Translations under genes and position numbers: made by a program | In this document: positions 53,079-64,000 of the stretch, piece after piece | Layout: every line of letters starts with the position of its first letter | How positions within the stretch are numbered: position 1 is the first letter of the stretch | The notes under the pieces: model-generated | What the model was told of the DNA's origin: nothing | Seen by the model: only the letters and a program-made list of their open reading frames with translations | The model's database searches: none | Origin: Eledone cirrhosa | Lineage: Eukaryota | Direction: 5' to 3' | NCBI GenBank assembly: GCA_964016885.1 | Contig: OZ024742.1 | Location: 129,022,001 to 129,086,000 of the forward strand | DNA: 64,000 nt

Positions 53079-55858
53079 ATATATATATAATGGCTAAGAG
53101 GTGATGTTACTCTAGCATTTCACCAGTGCACTTGCAGGATCAGCAGACAGAGTAACAAGGCTCATAACTTAGCCATTAAATGAATATTTAAACTCTACTT
53201 TGGTATTGAGTACTTCTTCTCACATCCATCAATAATACATGGATAAAACTAAAACTGAATACTAACCAATACTTATTACTAATTTATACTTATTCCTAAT
53301 TAAACTATTTTTCACTGGGAAAAATTTGTCAGCATTTTCTTTTCCTTTTACTAATATATATATACTACACAGTCTCTTAAGCCCCATGAACTAGTCTTTC
53401 TCAGTACTTCCAGTTCTTGACAAATAACTATTCCTTACTTGTCTGATACCCCCCAAAGCAATCAGGCACCATTTCTATATTTCTATGCTCCCGCCTCCAG
53501 CATAGACACAGCTTCTGGGTGCCAAGTAAATAAGTAAGAAACATTGGATCTGGAGGAGCAAAGGAGCAGGGGAATAAAGTAGTGAGCACAAGGTTTATGT
53601 ATACCAGCAAGCTACCCACCATCATTTCTTCCTTTATCAATGTAATTAGGAATAGGAAACAGAGATTATCTATAAGGAGATTGCAGTTTATCATTTGTTC
53701 AGAGTTTTTTACTTTTTACCCCATGTTGCCCTATTTTTATAATCATGAAAAGCAAACACTGAATAAGATTTCTTATAAAGCCAAATAAATTTTTTTTTTC
53801 TCAAGAATTACAGTTTTGAAGTAGAAGTGTGTGTGTGAAGAAGTGTTTCTTTTTAATTTTTATAGTTGAGCTGCTGTCGGTATATAAACTTCAGAGACAA
53901 AGTTATTGAGAACTCAATTATGACAGTAGATGATAAGGTTTATGTGTGTGAGTGAGTGAGAGAGAAGGGGTGGGTAGATTTTAATGGAATCTCATATACG
54001 CTTTCCCTATTTACAATATTAAAAAAAAAATAAAATGAAATCCTAATTTTCTTAGAATTCTTATAAAATTATTGAGAGAGAGGGGGGGGGCAGTGAGAGG
54101 GAGGGAGAAAGGAAGAGGATAGGGTGAGTGAGGAAAGTAAAGAGAGAAAGCAACCAAAGAATGACAGAGAGAAATCCCATAGAGGAAAAGGAACAGAGGG
54201 AAAGTGCAAGAGAGAAAGTCGAGAAGATGACAGAAAGATGAGATAGAGAGATAGAGATAGATAGATAGATAGATATATAGAGAGATAGAGATAGATAGAT
54301 AGATAGAGAGAGAGAGTAAGAAAGTGATGGAGAGATAGATAGGGAGATAGATACAGATCAAATGTTTAGTACAAACATCAAGAATCAATATTGATTAAAA
54401 GAAATAGCTGTAAAGATCTATCAGAAGATCTCTACTGATCTCTATGTCACTGATTAATTAGCATTTACAAAACAAACAGTTATTTCAGTGTCAAGATGTA
54501 CTTGATAAAACTTTCACCCACATGGAGCTATACATTTTTCTATTGGCCTTAAGAAATCTTTTAATATTCATATGTTTGTTGGTTGCCTTAGAGTAGTTAA
54601 CATCATATTGGTGTAGGTCAGGCTAGGCAGAGTGGTTGTGGGGCACACAGCTTTACATTCCAAAAGCATATATCAATCCGTAACGCCAATTTGAGTAGCT
54701 AATTGGCAGAGTTGTTGGAATGCCAGATAGAATGCATTGTGGTATTTGGCTCTTTGTGCTGAGGCCAACTTTATCTTTCATCATTTCAAGGTTGATATAT
54801 TAAGTACCAGTTTAGTATTGGGGTAGATGATTCCTTTATATCGCTTTTTCACATCCTTTCACTCTCTTTTATGGAAAAAATTGGCTGTATTCTGATCTGA
54901 AGAAGGATGGGTTCCACCAGGTTTAAAATACCCAAGACATGCTGTACATCAATATATATTGTCCCTACAACACCATGAGGAGTTAAAAGCATATGACAAT
55001 CATAAGGAATACTCCAACACTTTGTATTTGTTTTTATCTATAATACTAATAAAAAGGAAGTTTGTTTGTTTGTAAGTTGACCACTAACAATACAAAATAA
55101 AATTGGTGTATTTAAAGTTTTTCAACTAATCTGACCCCCAACACCCTTGCCATCGACTTTTTCTTTGAAAATGGAAATGGAATGGCAAGGTGGAGGAGAT
55201 TTTACTCTCCTTCTAGTACAGTGACTCTGTAGTAGGTACTCTTGTTGGTTTATAGATTCATATAATTTCCCTCTATCTATATATCTCTATCTCACATATA
55301 TATATATATAATCAAGTATATAGATGGAAAAATAGCTCTTAAATCATATTTAATTCCTTACGCATGTTTCAAGAGAGTTGTTATTTTATGACAATTTGGA
55401 TAATCAATATCTATACATATTCAATATTTCCCTTTAATTAGAAGTAAAGTAGTGCTGGGAGAGCGACCTAAGAAAGAAAACCATTAGTTTTCCTGTTTTG
55501 CACTATCACCATACTAATGGATCATCTTCTAAGATCCTCTGTCCTGCCTAAGATACAAATTGTATATAAGACACATTCTGCTTCTATTTAATATGTTTCT
55601 GTATTCCTCCGATGATGTTAGACATATTTTTATACGCAGCATAACATTTATTCCATTATTTCAATTATATATTATAGGTTTGACTGTATAAAGAGGAATT
55701 GATTGTGACTTATGTATGTAGCGTTGGGACATACACTATAAGAAGGAAGAAAAAAAAAGCATTAATAACTGCAAAATGTTCTACTTTATACTTAGGTGAG
55801 GATAAATATATCATACAATGAAGTTATATTTTGTAAACTGATTAATATATTTTGATAT

Positions 55859-56091
55859 CAACTCTTAACATCCCATAATGATTAAACAGAAAATATCTAA
55901 AAAAAAAAAAACATTTGTTAATTCAAATGTTCATATTTTCTTTACTAGTTGACAGTTTGTTGTGAAAATTTGCAGAATTAGAGTAAAGACTTAAATTTTT
56001 ATTTAATGTCATGTATTCATAGTGCAATTTTATAGTCTTCAAGAATGTCAGGCTAATGTGTTTTCATGTGGTACAGGATATTAACAGTTAA
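55859..56091. mobile_element. TTAA-type MITE family B
   Basis: AACTCTTAACATCC...GGATATTAACAGTTAA inverted ends; homologous copies at 58960-59080 and 59081-59280. Confidence 0.6.
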
Positions 56092-58007
56092 CTACTTTGC
56101 TATAAAGTAGCTAAGACTTCCATCATAGAAATATAAGAGTGGAGACTGCCACAAACTTGAGTATATTTAGTTCAAATCCACCTTTTTGTTAAGTATTTCC
56201 AGAGTATATATAATTCTACACTTCTATAAGTTGAAAGTAGATACTAAATCTTAGCTGTATTTATATTACAAAATACTAATATGATGTCCAGGTAGGAGAA
56301 TGGATTTCTCTCTTATCAGCTTAATGTCATGAAATCAGAGCTAAATATTTTTCCATATCATTTTAGAAGATTTGGATTTTTTTTTCTTAAAGAAACAAGA
56401 TCTAAAGATAATATTTTGAGAGTAAAGTGCTGGTCTAGGCTCCAAAAATTTACAGTTGTTGATGTTGTTTAACCTAAGTCAGCTCTGATTGAGAAGACTT
56501 ATGATGAAATGCATTCCAGCTGTGACCATCCAGTGTTTGTGTAATCTTGGATTACATTATCTCATGTTTCCTTTCTTTTTTGAGGCAGTAGGGAGTTTGT
56601 GATTTGAGGAAGAGTTACTTGCCATTCTTAGCATGCTGAGTGATCAAGTAGAGGATCTCTCAGCTATTTCCTAATTAGTTTTTACATACACAAAAAAAAA
56701 AAAGTAGATTTTTGAAATGGGAATATTGGAGGTTGAAATATTCATGCTTTTCCTACACTGATAGGGAGGTTTTCTGAGCTCATATCTTGTCATAGCTGAT
56801 GAAGAATTTCTATCATTTGATCAATAAAGTACAGGTAATTTGCTAAGAATAAGATTATGTTGGAGAACTCTGTTTTTCTATAGATATATTTTATTATTTT
56901 GTCAGATACCATTTGCCAAACAAAAGTCCAAAAGGACTTTTCAGTGGTGTCAAAACATGACAAATGTATTTATTCCTCATGATGGATACTGTGTGTATCC
57001 TGAGTTTTAGAAGAAGTACATCACATCCTCTATATGTCATATGAGGTGACTAAAACATTGGTGTTAGGAATAGCATCCAGCTGCAAAACACAGCTTAAAT
57101 AAAAAAAAAAAAAAAAAAAAAACCTCTCAATCTATGCCAGCATGGAAAAGCAGGCATATAAACAATAATGATAATAGTAACATCCCTTTAATTCTTTTGA
57201 TACCAAACTACGTGAAACTGTACCTGGTTCTATGATACAAAACTGACTTGTTTTAAAGTGTTTCACCATCATCGATTAACGGCTATCTTCCACGCTAGCA
57301 TGTGTTAGATGGGTTTGTCCCATTTAGAGGCAAGTTAGGTTGGGTGACTATGTCTTGCTCATATAGGAGAGTTTCTGGCTGGTTTTCTACAGCTGGATGC
57401 TCTTCCTGATACCATAATCTGTGTTAAGTTACACTTCAAACAACCAGATGAATAATATGAAAGTTAGTAATATTGATAAATTCTTCTAAATTCTTGATTA
57501 TTTTCAAAATTATTTGAAAATCATTGGCAGTGTTTTTCATTAGAAATATAGTAATGAAAAGGTTAATTTCTATTGATTAGAGAAATTAATCTCTATTCTC
57601 AATTTTATAAATCATTTATTCTCCCTATCCACCCAAACATAAGAGGAATGAATCTATAAGTTGTAATCACAAATCATAATGTACAAGAGGCAGCTGTAAA
57701 GAGATTTAGTGCCTAGCTTCTTTGTTCATTCATATGGTTTCTATGTAAACCTTATCTGTCTTAACATTCTGTGATTAGTAATTAAATTTCCTGAACAACT
57801 TGAGAAACAGGCAACATTTATTAGCCCTCTATTGTTACCATTTTCCTTCTAGTGACATTTCTACAACAATGTCAAGGATCAATGAAGAGACACATAGCCA
57901 ATAATTTCAACTAATTAGAAGCTTATTAGAACAAATCTTCAATTCAATATTATTTTTCTTCAAGAGAGAGAGAGGGGGGGGGTGTTTGAGAGAGGGAGAT
58001 AGTGTGG

Positions 58008-58040
<33 letters not shown>

Positions 58041-58404
58041 CCTGAGGAAAAGAGTGTGAGTCTGAGAAAGAGAGATTGTCAGAGTGTGAGAGAGTGTTGG
58101 AAAGAGAGAGGGGGTACTTGTCAGAGAGAGAGAGTGTGTCTGAGAAAGAGAGAGTGAGAATATAAGAGAGTGTGTGGGTGCATAAGTGTGTGTGCGTGCG
58201 CGTGTGGGGGTATTTGAAAGGAAGGATATTATATACATAGAAGAATCTAATTTAAATATTTCTATTTTATATGGCATTTTGTGAACCAGAGTGTTGTTGG
58301 TTCCAGGTTTTCCAATGAGCCACTGCATTTATGACAGTGAGAGTAACAAGTGAGCATCTGTAACTCTGTTTTCTCACTGATATTTACATTCTTCACAGAT
58401 AGGG

Positions 58405-58748
58405 TAATGGGTAAAGACCTCTTTCGGTCATGACTGACCATAGGTTTTCACCTAGAAAGTTTTCCTTCCAAGGTGCAAGTCCCAGCAAGGTGTTTTTGTG
58501 GAAGAACAGCAGTCACCCATACATACCAGTCTCTCCTCTCTCCATGCCACTGATATTGTCCAAGGGAAATGCAAAGGCCGATACAGCTTTGCACCAGTGA
58601 TGTTGCAATTCATTTCTACAACTAAATGAACTGAGGCAACATAAAATAAAGTCTCTTCCTCAAAGACACAACACATCACCAAGTTCGGATATCCGAACTG
58701 AAAACCTCATGATTGTGAATCTGATGCTCTAACCACTAAGTCACGTGC
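58405..58748 (-). mobile_element. Second tRNA-type SINE family (CORE-like TGTGTCCTTGAGCAAGACACTTTATTT motif)
   Basis: Minus-strand head GCACGTGACTTAGTGGTTAGAGCATCAGATTCACAATCATGAGG; related copies at ~5340-5640 (+) and ~46300-46420 (-). Confidence 0.7.
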
Positions 58749-60284
58749 ATTTACAGATATACGCTGGCAAAAGACACACACACATTCATTATATGTAATA
58801 GGCTTCCACAAAGTTGCCTTCTGCCAAATACACTCTGAAAAATGTTAACGAAGATGCCAAGCAACAGGATGAGTAGGCTGCACCAGTTGCAGAAACAGGA
58901 CACGAGGACCATATAAAACATTCTTAAAAAGTAACAAACAACACCATGACTTCGCATTAAACAGTTTACTGCAAATGTTCACAATGATATGTCCACAAGT
59001 ATAGATACTATAAACATTTGAATTAGCAAGCCCAGTTTTACATATTTTCCGTTAAATCATTACAGGGTGTTAAGAGTTAATTAACTCTTAACGTCCTGTA
59101 ACAATTTAGCAGAAAATATCTCAAAAAACAAGTTTGTTAATTCAAATGTTTATAATATTGTGAAAAATAGTAAATGTTAGAGTAATGACTTTAATTTTTA
59201 ATGTGATGCAATCAGTGCTGTTTTTTACTTTTCCATGAACGTTTTAGCTAATGCAGTTTCATGCAGTAGAGGATGTGAAGTGCTAACATTAGAAAAAAGT
59301 TATCTGGATTTGAAATCACAACAGTGAAGTACCAAAGGAGATTCAAAAATGCATCTATCTACCAGAGCCTTGTAACTCTCTTGAGCTATCCCTTAAGTTA
59401 TAGGGCCTTTTCAAGTAAAGTGAATGATATAGATGACTTGATTTATGATTACTGCTGCTTTATGTTATATTTAGCAGCTCATGAAAGGCAGAACTCAGTG
59501 AAGATAAAGTTTCCAACTATGAAGATAGAAATTCCCTGAGAGAAAGAAATGAGCAGTTGTAGCAGTCACCTTACCTCTTCCTAAAAAAAGAGAAATTTTA
59601 AATTTGAAAATATAGTTGCCACAATGTAGATAATTATAATAGTTGATAACTATAGATAGTGTCCCTACTCACTTTTTTCCATCTCCAGGGTACTTTACCC
59701 GATATATTTAACTATTATCAGTACGGTGGTGACTATATTAAAAAAAAAAAAATGAAACAAAACAAAAATAATTCCAGCTAAAATTAACAGCAGAATTGGA
59801 TGTACAAATGAGGAGGAAAGTACCCAATACATGTAGTAGAATGAGATAGAAACAGGAAACTCAGAACACCATGGTTTTTATAGCTGGATAACCTTTCTGC
59901 CGATGACTTTATAGTATGGACTGAGAGCATTTTATCATACCACAGGCACTAGAACAGTTATTTACTAGGACTAAAGAACCTTGTCTACACTGTATCAGGT
60001 TTTATTCAAACTTGTGCTTTCCTAGATAGGCTACTTTGGCCATAGCTTATTCTAGACCATGTCTCCTCTGCTTGTTCCTTTTTTTTAACATGGTTTTTAT
60101 GGCTGGATATTTTTGATGCTGCCAACAACTATATTTTACAGCAGGGGCTGGGTGCATTTTATTGAGCCATATGTATTTTAATACACAACTTTACTTACAC
60201 ATTATGGAACAGTAGTTTCATAGTCTGTATTGTTGAAGATACACAATTTCTATATTTTTTCTATATATATATATATATATCCTA

Positions 60285-60960
60285 ATCATTATTATTGTTT
60301 TTACGTCTGCTTTTCCATGCTTGCATGTGTTGTATGGGTCCTTTTCAGCACAGCATCTCTTCATTCATTATGTTCCTTCATCATTTCTGTGAGTTTCAGT
60401 TCTCCCCATTTCTGCCCAGGTTTTCCTCTACAGTGGTTTCCTTCTACTGAGATTTCCTGGCACTTCTTCACCCTGCAATCATCATCCATGCACATCACGT
60501 GTCCATATGAATGCAGTCTTTGCACACTTCTGATTCTTCTTAAACCCAGTTTTTCTATTAATTCATCCAAGCACTGCTATTCTCTCACATTAATACTTCA
60601 CATCCACTGAAGAATGCTTGCTTCATTTCTCTCCAGTCTACACATGTCTTCTGCAGTCACTGCCCATGTTTCACTACCATGCCGCATCACATCTCACACA
60701 CAAGCATGATACAGCTGTCCTTTCGCTCATAGGGAGAAACCTTTTGTTGTCAACGAAGGGAGTAGCCCTCTAAACGTTTTCTACCCTATCATGATTCTAG
60801 CACCATCCTCCATTGCTAATTTGATCACCTAGGTAACAGAAGCTATCAACCATTTCTATGGATCCTTTATGAGTTTGGAAAAGGTTTATATCACTGATGT
60901 TCTTACTATTGATTACCCCTGTGCATCTATTACAAAGACTTCCTTTCCTGTTTGTCAGCC
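60285..60960 (-). mobile_element. Decayed RTE-clade LINE fragment
   Basis: ORF 60361..60570 (RLHSYGHVMCMDDDCRVKKC) and adjoining sequence homologous to 44174..44752, plus the family 3' tail. Confidence 0.8.
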
Positions 60961-61548
60961 TGCTCTCCCACTACATGTCTTGTGTACCAACACCAATGTC
61001 TTTCTATAGATCAAGTGAATTTACAAAAGTATGGAAGAGTCAAATAACCAAAGAGACTAATTACAGACTTAGTCGATCTTTAGCAATTCCTTAATATTTT
61101 ATCAATATAAGCTTTACTTTTTTATTGGCTTCAGTTATTAGACTGCCAACATGTTGGGCTACAGGCTATGAACACACACACATTGACACACCCTATATAT
61201 ATTCATCCCCAATTAACGTTTGTTTTCCATGCTTGCATGGGTTAGATGGGCTGTCTTTTTATCAAGCTAGACAGATCAGGTGACCTCACCTTGCTCATAT
61301 GATCTGTTTTGGGTTTGGTTTTGTATGGCTGGATGCTCTTCCTAATGCCAACTACCTTACAGGGTGGAATGATATATATATATACACAACACTCTTTTGT
61401 TGTTTCTGTCTACCAAATTCCACTCACAAGGCATTGATCAGCCTGAGGCTATGTGCAACAGAACTGAACCCAAGTAAAATTCTTAACCACACACCTGTGA
61501 TCAATTACTATGTAAATGTTTCATATTCATATATGAACCCTGTTTTAC

Positions 61549-61776
61549 TTAACCTTTAGCATTTAAACCGGCTATATCTGGCCAGAATTCTCTCACCACT
61601 TTCTTTTCAAACTGGCTGTAACCAGCTATTCATACCAATGTTAAGGTATTGTTCTCAAAATAAATAATATCAAAATCTCATAGATTCAATGTTATGTGAG
61701 ATATCATGTGAGATAAAACCTTTACCACAAAAATACAATAGTTATATATAGAGTAATATGAATGCTAAACGGTTAA
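61549..61776. mobile_element. Family A MITE, forward orientation
   Basis: TTAA CCTTTAGCATTTAAACCGG...AATGCTAAACGG TTAA. Confidence 0.8.
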
Positions 61777-62563
61777 ATAAACATCCTTTTCCCCTAAACA
61801 CATTTGAGAAAGAAAAGTTCAAGAGACATGATTACTAGCGAATGCATCAATGTATTATAAATGAATGAAAGTTTATACGTAAACTTGCAAAAGATAACAA
61901 CTACAATTGCTCAAAGATGGTTACAATTTGAAGGACATTGCTGGCAAAGTAAGCAGGAAGTTATACACAAATGACTATTGTGGGAACCAATTCTTGGGAG
62001 ATGCAGTAGTGGAAGACCTGCTCGAACCTTCATTGATCAACTCTCAGATGATATGAACCTCAGTAAGGAGCAATAGAAAATCATGAATTGTGGAGAGGCT
62101 GTGTCAGGAATGTTCAACTGTGGTCACAATGATGATAATGATGATACACTAACTACCATGACTGCCTTGCTTCTTGATAGCAGCAGCATGTAAAGTATAA
62201 TGTAAAGAGTGCTGTAAATACTCACTGACCTATTGCATAGAACCAGAAAACAAACTGAAATGTGAAGGAATGCTACTCTCTATAATTGGCTAAAAAAAAC
62301 TGATACAAATAGAATTAAAATTTAAAAAAAAAACAACAAAAAAACAAATAGAATGAGAAAAATTATTCTTGAAAAAATTATCAGTTTCACCTTTCGTCAC
62401 TATAATTTGCAGTCCAAATAAGATAAATGAATAATAAGGGCTCCTACATCATAAGGGAATTGTAGGAGTGCCATGCTGGCACATGATGTGTCCTGGACAT
62501 TTTAAACCTAGTAGGGCCCACTTCTCTGCAGGTTGAAACACGGCTGATTTCTGTGTGTGTGTG

Positions 62564-62700
<137 letters not shown>

Positions 62701-63386
62701 CAACCGCAGTACAGGACTGGTATTCTATTTATCAACCTTGAGAGGGTGTAAGGCAAAGTAGACTTCAGCAGGATCTGAATTCAGAGCATAGAGAGCTGAA
62801 AAAACTGCCAAGGTAATCTTTAATCTGGCACTCTAATGGCTCTGTTAATTTGCCACCTTAGTTAAAATATTATATTACTCCAAAAGTACATTTTAAAAAC
62901 TATTTTATTGGTTTTAATCATTATACAAAGACTGTGCTGGGACACTTAAGTCTAAGTATGGTTTATTACATTGACCCTAGAAACCCAGCTCTCTGGAACT
63001 CCCACTAACACCTGCTGGTGTATTTCTTACATACATTGACTTGACTTGCAAAATCATCAATGGCATTGCAATATATTGATCTTTCTATTATTGAAGGGGA
63101 CCTGTGATGGCCAACGGTATCCCTTCTCCGTCTTTACCAAAAAAAAACAACAAAAAAGGCGGTTGTAGTAAGATTGAAATTTAAGAGTATGCTTTACTTT
63201 TAATAAAGGCTACTACAGCACATATTACCTTTAAGGTCGATGAATAAAATTGGAGTCATAATCCCTTGAGATGGAAAAAAGTGGACAAGTGATTGTGCAA
63301 AAGGCAAAACACACTTAAATTTCAAGCAAGCAAAAGAAATTTAAAAAGGACAACTGAAAAATTCAAGAAGAAGCTTAAGTACTTAC

Positions 63387-63502
63387 ACTGTAGGTACATA
63401 TTCACCAGGAAAGCTGTCTGTGGTATATGATATCAGCATACATGTCTTCCCTACAGTTCCGTCGCCAACAACAACACACTTGATTGGGCGACCCTGTGCC
63501 AT
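63387..63502 (-). CDS. Mtl: Mtl-like GTPase coding exon 1 (P-loop, start of switch I)
   Basis: ATG at 63502-63500; encodes [38 protein letters not shown] plus GT; donor GTAAGT at 63386-63381. A pyrimidine tract plus TTCAG acceptor just above 63525 implies an upstream non-coding exon outside the window. Confidence 0.96.
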
Positions 63503-63689
63503 TTTGTTGTTCTACCTATACTAACCTGAATAATAATAAGAAAAAAGAAAAACTGCATTAAATACAGATTGTTTATGAAATCATTATCATCATCATCATC
63601 ATAATTTGTCCATTTTCTCTGTTAGTGAGGGTTGGACACACACATTATATATATTATATCACAAGTATATATTCAATGATTAATTATGA

Positions 63690-63893
63690 AATTGCTTTCT
63701 GATTTAGGCACAAGGCCAACAATTTTTGGAGAGGGGAAAGTCGATTAAATCGACCCCAGTACATGACTGGTACTTTATTTTAACGACCTCATAAGCATGA
63801 AAGGTAAACCTAACCGTGGCAGGATTTGAACTCAGTAGTAAAGGGCTGCAAAACATGTACACCGCTCCATTGATACTGCCAATCCACTGCCCT
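63690..63893 (-). mobile_element. SINE copy ~170 bp upstream of the coding exon 1 acceptor
   Basis: Reverse complement of the same family; flanked by direct repeat GATTAATTATGAAATT (63678 and 63895), probable TSD. Confidence 0.8.
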
Positions 63894-64000
63894 AGATTAA
63901 TTATGAAATTATTAGTGGGCCAATGCCATCAATAATGACAGCAAAAGTGTTGAACATATTTAATTTCTGGAGTTCAATATTAGTATGTTTTATATATATA

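Overview
AT-rich, microsatellite- and SINE-dense eukaryotic genomic DNA. The repeat landscape looks cephalopod (Octopus-like), which is an inference. Almost the whole window is one minus-strand gene: a 195-aa Rac-subfamily small GTPase of the Mtl/MIG-2 (RhoG-related) group, with five coding exons read directly from the sequence (63502-63387, 50522-50408, 23064-22947, 11682-11522, 7147-7070; all GT-AG, phases consistent). Its introns (12.9, 27.3, 11.3 and 4.4 kb) hold four tandem arrays (31, ~25, 58 and 54 bp units), two identical non-autonomous Helitrons inside the 54-bp satellite, decayed RTE, Penelope-like and R4/Dong-like retroelements, many tRNA-type SINEs, TTAA-flanked MITEs and several long hairpins. 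Most striking: (1) read in pre-mRNA sense, the 54-bp intronic satellite repeats ACUUACCUGGC/ACUCACCUGGC, the U1 snRNA 5' end, about 185 times; (2) the 31-bp minisatellite arose inside a retrotransposon zinc-knuckle coding segment; (3) a 3111-bp satellite+Helitron duplication; (4) a hammerhead-like motif inside an 85-bp-arm palindrome. Nearly all ORFs in the supplied track are spurious or transposon relics.
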